19,717 nt of DNA from Candidatus Hadarchaeales archaeon (GTDB taxonomy: Archaea; Hadarchaeota; Hadarchaeia; Hadarchaeales; WYZ-LMO6): the NCBI GenBank assembly GCA_038851755.1, contig JAWCKR010000012.1, positions 21,544 to 41,260 of the forward strand, given 5' to 3'. A model generated the notes under the pieces. It had not been told where the DNA came from and ran no database searches. It was given only the letters and a program-made list of their open reading frames with translations. Shown piece by piece: positions 1-8,648 of this stretch (its first letter is position 1; every line of letters starts with the position of its first letter). Position numbers and translations under genes: made by a program.

Positions 1-882
1 TTCCCTCCCCAGAATACTCCTGCCCACCCCGGTAAGCACGGCGGGACAACCCTCCAGCCCGTACCTTTCCGTCACCCGCCTCATCTTCTCAGCTACCTTC
101 CTGACCTGCTCCCGGTGCAGGGACCTGGCGCACCTCCTGAGGAAGCCCTCCCCCACCTCCTCAGGGTCCGAGCAGAAGGTCCTGGCCAGCCTCCTCCTGC
201 AGCTCTCCGGGTCCTTCCCCCTCCCATCCGGGGTCTCGGAGGTGTACTCCTCCGGACGGAGCTTCCCCAGCAGGATGTAAACATCCCCCATCACCGCGAA
301 GTTCTCCGCCGCCACTCCCGCTCCCTCCACCTCCCCCAGCACGCAGGGGACCGGGGTACGCACCACTCCCGTGTACACCAGCTCCCCCCTCCTCAGGCGC
401 TGGAAGTCCGTACTCCCCAAGTTGGCCACCTTCCCGTCCACCAGGGGGACGAGGTCGGTGGTGGTGCTCCCAACGTCCACCAGGAGGGAGTCGGGGAACT
501 CCTCCGCCACGACGAGCCCGCTCGCTACCCAGTTGGAAGCTGCCACGGAAAGGGGATTGGAAAGGACCTCCCGCATCCCCACCAGCTCTCCCCCGAGGGT
601 GAGGAAAAGAGCTTTTCCCCTCCACACCTTCCACACCTCCCCTGCCAGCTCCTTCACCCCTTCCTCCCTCGTCCCGAACACGTCGGCCAGTTCCCCCGTC
701 ATCACCGCCCCCACCCTTTCCGGCCCCCACCCCTTCAGCTCCTTCAGGAGGCTGTTCAGTCCCTCACGTTCCTTCCAGAGGGGCAGGTACCGGAGGAGGG
801 AGGCTTCCACCCCCTCTTCCCTGAGGAGCACGGCCTTGGTGTGGGCCCCGCCCAGGTCGAGACCGAGGGAGAGCATCCTCAT
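1..882 (-). CDS. mfnF: MfnF-like methanofuran biosynthesis protein (hydantoinase A-like, H4MPT-linked C1 family); 3' end runs off the window
   Basis: Not in the ORF track because there is no stop in the window. Hand translation from ATG 882 (alternative 876) gives MRMLSLGLDLGGAHTK...YLPLWK...VMTGELADVF...DVGSTTTDLVP...GELVYTGVVRTP, typical of the MJ0840 family. Lies near mfnB and mfnD. Confidence 0.85.
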   Translation of the reverse strand, partial: MRMLSLGLDLGGAHTKAVLLREEGVEASLLRYLPLWKEREGLNSLLKELKGWGPERVGAVMTGELADVFGTREEGVKELAGEVWKVWRGKALFLTLGGELVGMREVLSNPLSVAASNWVASGLVVAEEFPDSLLVDVGSTTTDLVPLVDGKVANLGSTDFQRLRRGELVYTGVVRTPVPCVLGEVEGAGVAAENFAVMGDVYILLGKLRPEEYTSETPDGRGKDPESCRRRLARTFCSDPEEVGEGFLRRCARSLHREQVRKVAEKMRRVTERYGLEGCPAVLTGVGRSILGRE

Positions 883-953
883 AGGTCTGAAGGGGAGGTA
901 TAAGGGGCCACGCTCGTGGTAAAGCTAATACTACGGGGAAGAAAAGTTCCTCG

Positions 954-1244
954 ATGCTGTCGGAGCTTCCGACGGACCTGAAGAAGCTGAAGAAGGGTGA
1001 GCTGGACAGGGAAATCCTCAGGGCGGGGATGATAGCGGAGCTGGATGCCATCAACCTCTACGAGCAGATGGCGGCCATGGCGACCAGCGACCTGGTGAGG
1101 AAACTGCTGCTCGACATAGCCAGGGAAGAGAAGACGCACCTGGGGGAGTTCCAGGCCCTGCTGCTGGAGGAGGACAGGGAGCAGGTGGAGGAGCTGAAGA
1201 AGGGTAAGGAGGAAGTGGAGGAGCTCAGGTCCTCCAGGCGCTGA
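954..1244 (+). CDS. Encapsulated-ferritin (EncFtn/Flp)-like ferritin-family protein
   Basis: REILRAGMIAELDAINLYEQMA...LLDIAREEKTHLGEFQALL resembles the two-helix ferritin-like domain of the Pyrococcus furiosus encapsulin fusion; E..Y and EExH ferroxidase residues are present. Confidence 0.8.
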   Translation: MLSELPTDLKKLKKGELDREILRAGMIAELDAINLYEQMAAMATSDLVRKLLLDIAREEKTHLGEFQALLLEEDREQVEELKKGKEEVEELRSSRR

Positions 1245-1248
1245 GACC

Positions 1249-2292
1249 TCACCCTCCCGCCAGTTCCCTTACCCTCGCCCCAGTTTCCTCCATCCTCCGG
1301 AGAGCCTCGACCCTATTCCTTCCCCACCCCACCACCACCATCCTGCAGCCCTCCCCCGTGGACACGGGGGGGGTGAGGAGACCCTCCAGCTCCACCATTT
1401 TCCCCGCCCTTTCCGGAGGGAGGGGTGGGGCCTCCAGGATCCTCACGCAGGCCTCTCCCCGCAGCACCGCTTTTCTCCCTCCCTCCACCAGCATCTCCGC
1501 CAGGTTTCCCCTCAGGATCTTCGCCAGGGCGAGGAAGGAAGTGGTGGGGCGGGGGTTGAACTCTATGAAGCAGGGTTCCTTCCCCACCACCAGATCCGCC
1601 CCGCAGAGCCCCCAGGCCCCCAGCAGCCTGGCTCCTTCCCTGGCCAGCTCCCCGCACTTCCGGGAGAGGGGGGAGGGCAGCCTCAGTGGCACGTCGCTCC
1701 CCAGGTAGCGGATGCTCCCCTCGAGGGAGAGCACCTGCCGGTTGAGGGAGAGGACGGTGATCTCCTCCCCGGCCAGTAGGCAGCAGCTCGCGTGGATTCC
1801 CTCCACGTACCGCTGGAAGAACTCCCCCCCCTTCCTCCTCCTCCCGAACCTGATTCCCTCTCCCCCCGCCCCCCACCTGGGCTTCACCAGCCACTTCCCC
1901 GAGGTGGGGGGGGTGAGCCTGGAGGGGGGAAGGTTGATCTTCCCCTTCAGCGTGAGGTAGGTGAGCCATTTGTCCCCCGCCCTTTCGGCGCACCCCCGGC
2001 TCGCGCCCAGCACCCTCACTCCCCTCCTCTCGAGCCGGCCCGTGAGTTCCACCAGCTCCCTGGGAGGGGCGATCACGAGGGCGGCTTCCGGGAGGGGCGA
2101 GGGAAAAGAGCCCTCCACCCTCCCGGGCAGGAACCCCCTGAGCCACCGAAGGTTGGGATGGAGGAGGGAGACGGGCGTGAAACCGGCTTCCTCGAACTGC
2201 AGGGCCATGGTCCTGAGGAGGGCAAAACCCTCGGGGAGGAGGGAGGGAGATCTCCCGGAGGATGAGGCGAACTCCAGCAGGAGGATCTTCAT
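1249..2292 (-). CDS. mfnD: ATP-grasp tyramine--L-glutamate ligase (MfnD-like)
   Basis: MKILLLEFA...EGFALL N-terminus; ATP-grasp motifs DKWLTY, VKPRWGAGGEG, QRYVEG, LSLNRQ, IEFNPRPTTS; ATGA overlap with mfnB. Confidence 0.75.
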   Translation of the reverse strand: MKILLLEFASSSGRSPSLLPEGFALLRTMALQFEEAGFTPVSLLHPNLRWLRGFLPGRVEGSFPSPLPEAALVIAPPRELVELTGRLERRGVRVLGASRGCAERAGDKWLTYLTLKGKINLPPSRLTPPTSGKWLVKPRWGAGGEGIRFGRRRKGGEFFQRYVEGIHASCCLLAGEEITVLSLNRQVLSLEGSIRYLGSDVPLRLPSPLSRKCGELAREGARLLGAWGLCGADLVVGKEPCFIEFNPRPTTSFLALAKILRGNLAEMLVEGGRKAVLRGEACVRILEAPPLPPERAGKMVELEGLLTPPVSTGEGCRMVVVGWGRNRVEALRRMEETGARVRELAGG

Positions 2293-3014
2293 CGCCTTGA
2301 GACTTCGAGGAGCGGACCCCCCAGCAATCCCTTCAGTTTTCTGACCAGCTCCCTTGAGATCCTTCCCCCCCTGCCGGAGGGACAGGCTGCACCCCTGACC
2401 CCCACCACGTCCGCCAGCCCCTTCAGCTCCACGATTTCCTCCTCACGCAGGGAACCGGAAAGGGCCACCAGCAACCCGAAGGAATGCGCCCTCTCCGAGA
2501 ACTCCTCGAGCTGGGAGAGGGAGAGGAAGGAGGTGAGGGGTTTGCCGTCCTTCACCGCCGTATCCAGCATGGCCACTCTGGCCCCGGCCTTGGCTGCCAG
2601 CTCCGGCAGCAGGAGGGGGTCTAACGTGCCAGCCCTTTCGAAGTCCCCGTAGGCGCAGGCCACCACCCCTCCTTTCCCCAGGAAGCTGGAGGCCCCGACC
2701 ACGGCCTTCAGGAGGGAGAGGGCCTCCTCCTCCGTCCTGGGGCCCTTGAGCCCGACCTTCACGAGGTTGGCTCCGGCCTGTAGGGCTCCGAAGGCGGCCA
2801 GACAGGCACTGCCGGGAAGGTAGGGAAAATCCCCTATGGCGGCGCTCACGGGTATGGAGGGTGGGAGGAGCCTCCTCACCTCTGAGATCACCCAGGGAAA
2901 GCCGGCCCCCAGGGAACCCTCCAGGGGGTTCTTTACGTCCACGATGTCCGCTCCCCCCTCCACCGCCTCCACCGCCTCCCTTCCGTTCGTCACGCTCACG
3001 AGCAGGAGGGTCAT
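2289..3014 (-). CDS. mfnB: (5-formylfuran-3-yl)methyl phosphate synthase (DUF556/MJ1099 family)
   Basis: LLVSV..GGADIVDVKNPLEGSLGA, VSAAIGD, VKVGL, MLDTAVKDGK, VGVRGAAC motifs. Confidence 0.93.
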   Translation of the reverse strand: MTLLLVSVTNGREAVEAVEGGADIVDVKNPLEGSLGAGFPWVISEVRRLLPPSIPVSAAIGDFPYLPGSACLAAFGALQAGANLVKVGLKGPRTEEEALSLLKAVVGASSFLGKGGVVACAYGDFERAGTLDPLLLPELAAKAGARVAMLDTAVKDGKPLTSFLSLSQLEEFSERAHSFGLLVALSGSLREEEIVELKGLADVVGVRGAACPSGRGGRISRELVRKLKGLLGGPLLEVSRR

Positions 3015-3041
3015 GCTCCCACATTAGAGGGTGGACTCCCC

Positions 3042-3053
3042 TATAAACGGTTC
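3042..3053 (-). promoter_or_regulatory. Archaeal BRE/TATA promoter for mfnB-mfnD (probably leaderless)
   Basis: Minus strand reads GAACCG-TTTATA about 28 nt upstream of ATG 3014 in otherwise GC-rich DNA. Confidence 0.5.
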
Positions 3054-3118
3054 AGGGATGGTCCGCGCTCCGCGGTTGGGCCGCGGCCAGGTTCCGGTGG
3101 GGACTCCAGCACTGAGAA

Positions 3119-4636
3119 CTAGAAGAGCTCCCCCTCCTGCACGTAGCTCCTGCCCGTCCTCAGGGCTATCTCCGCCTTCTGCAGCTCCCTCCCCAAGTAG
3201 GCGGCGTGGGAGGGCTCCTCCACCACACCCTCCTTCAGGATCCTCCTGCAGAGGCCCTCCGCGCTCTTCCCCCTGAACACCAGCTCCGCCTTCCCGCCCC
3301 GATGGAGCACGGCCCTTATTTCGCCCCCTTCCACCCTTATCCTGAAGAAGCTCCCCCCCTCCAGCTTGGTCGCTTCCCGGGGAGGTTCCTCCTCCAGGAT
3401 GCTGGCACGGGTCTCCTGGGAGGGGTCGTAGGGTTCTTCCTTCCTCCTCTTCTCCTTCAGGAGGAGGAGGTCCAGTCCCAGGTCCTTGGGCACGGAGCCC
3501 CTCTCGCGGGCCAGGAGCATCATGTCCCTCGCCCTCCTCAGCTCCCCCACGCTCCCCCTGGTTTTGTCGCTGGCTTCCACGGTCAGGAAGAGGCTCACCC
3601 CGGCCTCCATCCCCATCCCGGCCAGGAGGGCCATCATCCCGGGGGAGTCAGCATCGCACAGCTCCACCACGTTTCCCACCCCCATCAGAAGGGGAAGGCC
3701 GGGTCTTTCCTCCCCTATCTCCCCCAGGACCCTCAGGGAGTTCAGGAGTCCCAGGTTGAGGGGCTCGAGCAGGGGATCCGCCACCACCTTCCCGAACCCC
3801 CTTTCCTTGGCCTCCTCCACCAGCCTCAGCAGCTCCCTCTTCCTCCTCTCCCTTTCCACGCGCGGGGGGATGAGCACCACGGCCAGATCCGTCCTCTCAA
3901 ACTTCCTCAGGGAGGAGCGGTCCAGGCTCACGATGAGGTCCGCACCCTCCTCGGCCGCGCGGGCCATCTCCTTTAGGTTGAGGGTGTCGATGCTGACCGG
4001 AACCCCGAATTCCCGCTTGAGGAGGGAGACCAGCTCCCCCGCCCTTTCCGGGAACTCTCTCCCGGCCACCATCCCCACATCCAGGATCTCCGCTCCCTCC
4101 TCCAGGTATCTCCTGGCCCTCTCCACCACCTCCTCGTCCGTGAGGAGGGGGGCATCGGGGATTTCCGCCATCACCCTCGGGGGGAACCCCCCGCCTACTC
4201 CGAGCCTGCCCAGCAGGAAGGCCCCCTCCCCCATCCTCCTCCTCGCCCTCTCCTCCACCTCCCTCAGGAGCCTCTCCGCCCTCCTCCTCGTCTCTTCCTT
4301 CAGGAGCTCGCAGGCGGGCACCTCCTTGGAGAGCTCCACCTCCCCCAGACGCTCCAGGACCGGGGGGAGATCAGCCGCGTGCTTGGGCCCCCTGTAGGTG
4401 GGGACCCCCACCCTCTTCTCCACCTCGGAGGGATCGAACCTCACCAGACCCGGGAGGAGGATGAGGTCGTAGCCCTTCACCTCCCTTTTCTCCAGCTCCC
4501 TCACCGCCAGCGCGGGCGTGAGGAAGGTGGCGACGGGGACGGGGGCCATCACCACCTCGGTCTCCACCCCCTCCACCCTGGAGTACTTCTTCACCAGGGG
4601 AAAGGCCAGCTTCCCGGTGAGGAGGAGGACCTTCAT
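3119..4636 (-). CDS. Dihydropteroate synthase-like protein (MJ0107 type, with C-terminal DUF4346), methanopterin-linked
   Basis: MKVLLLTGKLA...PVATFLTP N-terminus; pterin-binding barrel motifs MAEIPDAP, ILDVG, VSIDT, ADPLL, GVGNVVELCDADSPG; C-terminal HAAYLGRELQKAEIAL..GRSYVQE. Confidence 0.85.
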   Translation of the reverse strand: MKVLLLTGKLAFPLVKKYSRVEGVETEVVMAPVPVATFLTPALAVRELEKREVKGYDLILLPGLVRFDPSEVEKRVGVPTYRGPKHAADLPPVLERLGEVELSKEVPACELLKEETRRRAERLLREVEERARRRMGEGAFLLGRLGVGGGFPPRVMAEIPDAPLLTDEEVVERARRYLEEGAEILDVGMVAGREFPERAGELVSLLKREFGVPVSIDTLNLKEMARAAEEGADLIVSLDRSSLRKFERTDLAVVLIPPRVERERRKRELLRLVEEAKERGFGKVVADPLLEPLNLGLLNSLRVLGEIGEERPGLPLLMGVGNVVELCDADSPGMMALLAGMGMEAGVSLFLTVEASDKTRGSVGELRRARDMMLLARERGSVPKDLGLDLLLLKEKRRKEEPYDPSQETRASILEEEPPREATKLEGGSFFRIRVEGGEIRAVLHRGGKAELVFRGKSAEGLCRRILKEGVVEEPSHAAYLGRELQKAEIALRTGRSYVQEGELF

Positions 4637-5277
4637 GACCTCATCCTCTCCTCCATGGCCTCCAGCAGCTCCTTTGCCGTTTCAGCTTCTCTGGAGGAGG
4701 GAGAGAGGCGGAGGCACCCCTCGACCTGCCTTCTCAGTTCCTCCATCATCCTCCTCACCTTCAGTCCTCTCCTCCTGGCGACCAGGATCCTGCTGGCCAC
4801 CACGGCCGCCTCGAGCAGGAAGAATTCTGACCTCAGGAAGGGTTTCACGTGGGGGGAGAGTACCTCCGCCTTCCTCACCTCACAGGTAAGCCTGAAGGCC
4901 TGGGAGGTCCCTAGCTCGTCCTCCACTCCCTCCTCCTTCACCCTCTTCACCCTCAGCTCCGCGTATCCCCTCATCCCTTTCACCCTGGGGGCCCTCACCG
5001 TTGAGGAAGGCAGGAACTCCAGCCTTGGGGGAGGGAGGAGGTCCTTGAGGGCCAGCCTCACCAGCAGGTCCACATCGTCCGTCACGTTGAGCACTCCCTC
5101 GCCCTCCCTCCTGAGATTGGAAAGGGAGACGGAGGGGTGAAAGAGCCTCATCTCCACCTCTTCCCCCTTCAGCCAGGCGCCCACCGTGGCGGCATGGGGT
5201 GAGGAATCGGGGTTTAGGGTGGAGAGGATCACCTCCCCGGGAGACTCCCCCAGACCCAGCTCCCTCGGAGAACCCAT
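4633..5277 (-). CDS. DUF447 family protein (split-barrel, H4MPT biosynthesis-associated)
   Basis: EVILSTLNPDSSPHAATVG, SLSNL...GVLNVTDD, LLEAAVVASR; ATGA overlap with the DHPS-like gene; GGAGGAG upstream of ATG 5277. Confidence 0.75.
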   Translation of the reverse strand: MGSPRELGLGESPGEVILSTLNPDSSPHAATVGAWLKGEEVEMRLFHPSVSLSNLRREGEGVLNVTDDVDLLVRLALKDLLPPPRLEFLPSSTVRAPRVKGMRGYAELRVKRVKEEGVEDELGTSQAFRLTCEVRKAEVLSPHVKPFLRSEFFLLEAAVVASRILVARRRGLKVRRMMEELRRQVEGCLRLSPSSREAETAKELLEAMEERMRS

Positions 5278-5327
5278 CAACAAGGCTCCTCCTCTCCCTA
5301 TTTATCCCAGGGTCTTGCTCCGCGGTG

Positions 5328-6290
5328 CTAGGGTCTCACACCCTCCAGCAGGAGGACCAGCATCCAGGAGGAGGCGGTGAGATCGGCCGTGGTCCCGGGA
5401 TTCACGTCCTCCCTCTTGAACTCCTCGTCCAGCTCCCTCACCATCCTCCTCCCCCTTTCCGTCAGCACTCCGCCCTCCTCCAGCACCCTCCTGGCTCTGC
5501 GTGAGGCCTCCTCCGCCTTTTCCCTTCCCCTGGTGCGTGCCACGAAGGTGTCGGGGCGGAAGGCCAGGAGCTCCAGGAAGGTCTGGACGGTGGCGGTGTT
5601 GACCTGGTTCGTCTGCTTGTAGATTCGGGTGAGGGTGGGGTAACCGAACTCGAAGGTCACGGAGTAGTCCGTCACCCACTCCCTGGCCACATCGTCCCAT
5701 CCCGAGCAGATCCTCATGGCTTCGTAGGCCGAAATCCCCCTCCTCCTCAGCTCCTCCAGGGAACGCGGGTCGTTCACATCCAGGTCTTCCAGCCTCCCCA
5801 GCCCGGCAGGCTCGGCGAGGAGGACGGTACGGTAGAGCCCCACAGCGTCCTCGGGGGTGGTGGCCTTGAGGAGCTCGGAGAGGCGCCGGCGGAGGGGTCC
5901 TTCCCTCACCCCGCCCTCCTCTGCCAGCACCCATCCGGCAGCCGCCGTCAGGGGCGCGAGCAGGAGGATCGTTCCCAGGTTGGTATTCCCATCCCTCTGC
6001 CACCTCCTGGTCTCCCTCATGGCCTCTTCCATGATCCCCCCCAGCCCCACCTCCTCCTTCCGCAGCTCTCCTTTGCCCACCGAGAAGCCCCTGCGGGCGG
6101 CGAGGAGCATGGCGGGGCCTATCGCGATGGTGCTGGCCACGAACTGCTCGAAGGTGGCGTCGGGGAAGTCTGAGGTGCGGTGCACGTTTCCGGGCTTGGG
6201 ATGGCCGCACACCTCCAGGGCGGAGGAGAGCTGGGCCATCCTGGCCAGGTCCTCAGGGGTGAGCATCTCCGATTTCTCTCTTCCCCCCAT
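5328..6290 (-). CDS. citG: CitG-family triphosphoribosyl-dephospho-CoA synthase-like protein
   Basis: LEV...PKPGNVHR..DF, NTNLGTILLLAPL, PDTFVAR, NPGTTADL motifs. Alternative start at ATG 6266. Confidence 0.85.
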   Translation of the reverse strand: MGGREKSEMLTPEDLARMAQLSSALEVCGHPKPGNVHRTSDFPDATFEQFVASTIAIGPAMLLAARRGFSVGKGELRKEEVGLGGIMEEAMRETRRWQRDGNTNLGTILLLAPLTAAAGWVLAEEGGVREGPLRRRLSELLKATTPEDAVGLYRTVLLAEPAGLGRLEDLDVNDPRSLEELRRRGISAYEAMRICSGWDDVAREWVTDYSVTFEFGYPTLTRIYKQTNQVNTATVQTFLELLAFRPDTFVARTRGREKAEEASRRARRVLEEGGVLTERGRRMVRELDEEFKREDVNPGTTADLTASSWMLVLLLEGVRP

Positions 6291-6316
6291 AAAAGGGGTC
6301 CCCTTGGGGGATGGGC

Positions 6317-6577
6317 TCAGAGCCTCTTGAGGACCTCCGGGAGCTTTGAAAGTTCGGACTTGCTGAGCCTGTAGTAGGTCCTCCTCCCCTCATTCCTGCT
6401 GGAGACCAGACCGCACTTCTTCATCAGCCTCAGGTGGTGGGAGATCAGCGGCTGTTCTTTCCTGAGTTCCCTCACCAGCTCGCACACGCACTTTTCCCCC
6501 TCACCCAGAAGGAGGAAGATCCTGTACCTGGTCTCGTCGCTTAAACATTTCAGCACCCTGAGTTCTCGGGTACCCAT
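6317..6577 (-). CDS. arsR: ArsR/SmtB family As(III)-responsive repressor
   Basis: LKCLSDETRYRI...KCVCEL...QPLISHHL...GRRTYY; CVC metal-binding site; directly downstream of acr3. Confidence 0.9.
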   Translation of the reverse strand: MGTRELRVLKCLSDETRYRIFLLLGEGEKCVCELVRELRKEQPLISHHLRLMKKCGLVSSRNEGRRTYYRLSKSELSKLPEVLKRL

Positions 6578-6592
6578 CTTAGTTCCTCCCCC

Positions 6593-7630
6593 TCAGCCGA
6601 AAAAACCTCTTGTTTTCCTGCAAAGGAACACCAGGAAGAGCATGAGGGGTACCTCCGTCAGCACCCCCACCACCGTGGCCAGGGCAGCCCCAGATTCCAC
6701 CCCGAAGAGGGAGATGGCCACGGCGATGGCCACCTCAAAGTGGTTGCTCCCCGCTATGATGGCGGCTGGGGCGGCGTCTTCGTATCCCAAGTGGATGATC
6801 CTGGCTACCGCATAGGTGACGCCGAAGACCAGGAGGATGTTGGCGAAGATTCCGGCGGTGATCATCCCTATGATGCCCGGTATCTCGGTGATGAGGTGCC
6901 CCTGGTAGGCGAAGAGGATCACCAGGGTGATGAGGAGGGCGGCGATGGCCATCCTGCCGAGCGCCGGCACCAGCCTTCTGCTGAACCACTCCTCCCCCTT
7001 CCGCTCCAGGACCTCTCTCCTGGTGTAGTACCCCGCGACCAGGGGGGTGCAGATGTAGACCATCACCGAGAAGGCTATGGTTTCCCAGGGCACCCTTATC
7101 CCCGAGACTCCCAGCAGGAAGGTGGCGAGGGGGGCGTAGAGGAAGACCATGGTGAGGGAGTTGATGGCGGTCATCACCAGCGTGTGTCCCATGTTTCCCC
7201 TCGCCAGGTAGCTCCACACCAGCACCATGGCCGTGCAGGGGGCCACCCCCAGCAGGATCATTCCGGCCCTGTACTGCTCGACCTGTTCGGGGGAAAGAAA
7301 GTCTGAGAAGACTCCCGCGAGGAAGAGCCAGGCGAAGAAGGTCATGGTGAAGGGCTTGACGGCCCAGTTCATGAAGAGGGTGAGCCCTATGGGCCTGGGG
7401 GAGCGGCTGGCCCTTTTGATCTCCTCGAAGCTTATCTGGACCATGATGGGGTAAATCATGGCGAAGAGGCAGGCCGCGATGGGGATGGAGACGTGGGCCA
7501 CCTCCACCTTCGCCAGGGCGTCGGAGATTTCCGGGAAGGTCCGGCCCAGAAAGATTCCGGTGAGGATGCAGAGGGCCACCCACACCGAGAGGTACTTTTC
7601 CCAGAGACCCAGTCCCCTTTTCACCGCCAT
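6593..7630 (-). CDS. acr3: Acr3 family arsenite efflux transporter
   Basis: WEKYLSVWV, MIYPIM, NWAVKPF, GVAPCTAMVLVW, SNHFEVAIAVA, GVLTEVP. The start is placed at ATG 7630, not at the ORF-track 7927. Confidence 0.93.
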   Translation of the reverse strand: MAVKRGLGLWEKYLSVWVALCILTGIFLGRTFPEISDALAKVEVAHVSIPIAACLFAMIYPIMVQISFEEIKRASRSPRPIGLTLFMNWAVKPFTMTFFAWLFLAGVFSDFLSPEQVEQYRAGMILLGVAPCTAMVLVWSYLARGNMGHTLVMTAINSLTMVFLYAPLATFLLGVSGIRVPWETIAFSVMVYICTPLVAGYYTRREVLERKGEEWFSRRLVPALGRMAIAALLITLVILFAYQGHLITEIPGIIGMITAGIFANILLVFGVTYAVARIIHLGYEDAAPAAIIAGSNHFEVAIAVAISLFGVESGAALATVVGVLTEVPLMLFLVFLCRKTRGFFG

Positions 7631-7676
7631 CTTTTTCGCCTGAAAGTCGGGAGTCTGGTGCCTGGGCATCGTTGTC

Positions 7677-7698
7677 ATCAATATAGATTTATATAAAA
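7677..7698 (-). promoter_or_regulatory. Putative ArsR operator overlapping the acr3 TATA box
   Basis: ATCAA-TATAGA-TTTAT (7677-7692) is one mismatch from the ATCAA-N6-TTGAT ArsR-type palindrome and overlaps minus-strand TTTTATAT (7691-7698). Confidence 0.5.
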
Positions 7699-7748
7699 GT
7701 TTTTTGGTGAAAGCTACCATTATATTCCAGGGGAGACCAGAGAGCTGG

Positions 7749-8648
7749 ATGGTGGAGGTAAGGATAAGGGAGGAGAAGTGCACAGGGTGTGCAAGGTGTG
7801 TGGAGGTCTGTCCCGCCGGGGTCTTCGGGCTCGAGGAGGAGAGGGGAAGGAAGGTCGCGAGGGTGGTGAGGGGGGAGGAGTGCTGTGCCTGTAGGGCATG
7901 CGAGCTGAAGTGCCCGGAGGGGGCCATCGAGGTGGAGGGATACCAGCTCCTGAAGGTGGATCCTCCCCCCGACTATCCTCCCGAGGAAGGGAGATACCTC
8001 AGGGGCAACGACTATTCCCCGGTCGCGGTCTGTGCCATCTTGGACACCTACGACTTCAGGATGCCGCCAGAACTCCTGAGGCTCGTGGAGGTGGGCGTGG
8101 AAGCGGGTGCTGCCCTGGCGGGAACCCTCCAGACCGAGAACATAGGGATAGAGAAGCTGGTGGCCAACGTGGTGGCAAACCCCAACCTGCGCTACCTGGT
8201 GCTGTGCTGGAGGGAGTCACAGGGCCACCTACCTGCCCACTCCCTCCTACAGCTGGTGGAGAAAGGCGTGGCCAACGACAAGCGCAGGACCATCCTGGGG
8301 TCTAGAGCCCCGGCCCCCTACCTTCCCAACCTCCCCCTCCGCTCCATCGAGAGATTCAGGAAGCAAATCACCATTGTGAACCTGATCTCCGAGGAAGAAC
8401 CTAGGAGGGGAATGGATCCTGAGAACGTGAAGAAGGCCGTTTGGGCCTGCCTTCAGGAGAAGCCCGTGGAGTTCATGGGGTACACCCTCTGGGATCCTGG
8501 GGCCTGGCCCGAACCACCCATCTGCGAGAAGCTCTCCATGAGGGTGAGGGAGCCCTGGAGGCCTGAGCTCACCAAGGAGGAAGCCGATGCCTTGGAGCGC
8601 ATCAGGAGGGCGGCGGAGAGGATTGGGAGGTCTCGTCGCTCTGGGTAG
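7749..8648 (+). CDS. 2x[4Fe-4S] ferredoxin fused to a soluble MtrA-like corrinoid protein
   Basis: Two CxxCxxCxxxCP motifs followed by YPPEEGRY..GN..SPVAV, AGAALAGTLQTENIGIEKLVANVVANPNLRYLVLC..ESQGH (MtrA Co-ligand His kept). No C-terminal TM helix. TTATAT about 23 nt upstream of ATG 7749. Confidence 0.85.
   Translation: MVEVRIREEKCTGCARCVEVCPAGVFGLEEERGRKVARVVRGEECCACRACELKCPEGAIEVEGYQLLKVDPPPDYPPEEGRYLRGNDYSPVAVCAILDTYDFRMPPELLRLVEVGVEAGAALAGTLQTENIGIEKLVANVVANPNLRYLVLCWRESQGHLPAHSLLQLVEKGVANDKRRTILGSRAPAPYLPNLPLRSIERFRKQITIVNLISEEEPRRGMDPENVKKAVWACLQEKPVEFMGYTLWDPGAWPEPPICEKLSMRVREPWRPELTKEEADALERIRRAAERIGRSRRSG

Noticed and set aside
115-922. Plus-strand ORFs 115-903 and 371-922, and minus-strand 161-730
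   Set aside because: Shadow or off-frame ORFs; the real gene is mfnF on the minus strand, open past base 1.
7631-7927. N-terminal extension of the Acr3 ORF, and the 7704 start of the MtrA fusion
   Set aside because: They run through the divergent promoter or the opposite gene; family similarity begins at 7630 and 7749 respectively.
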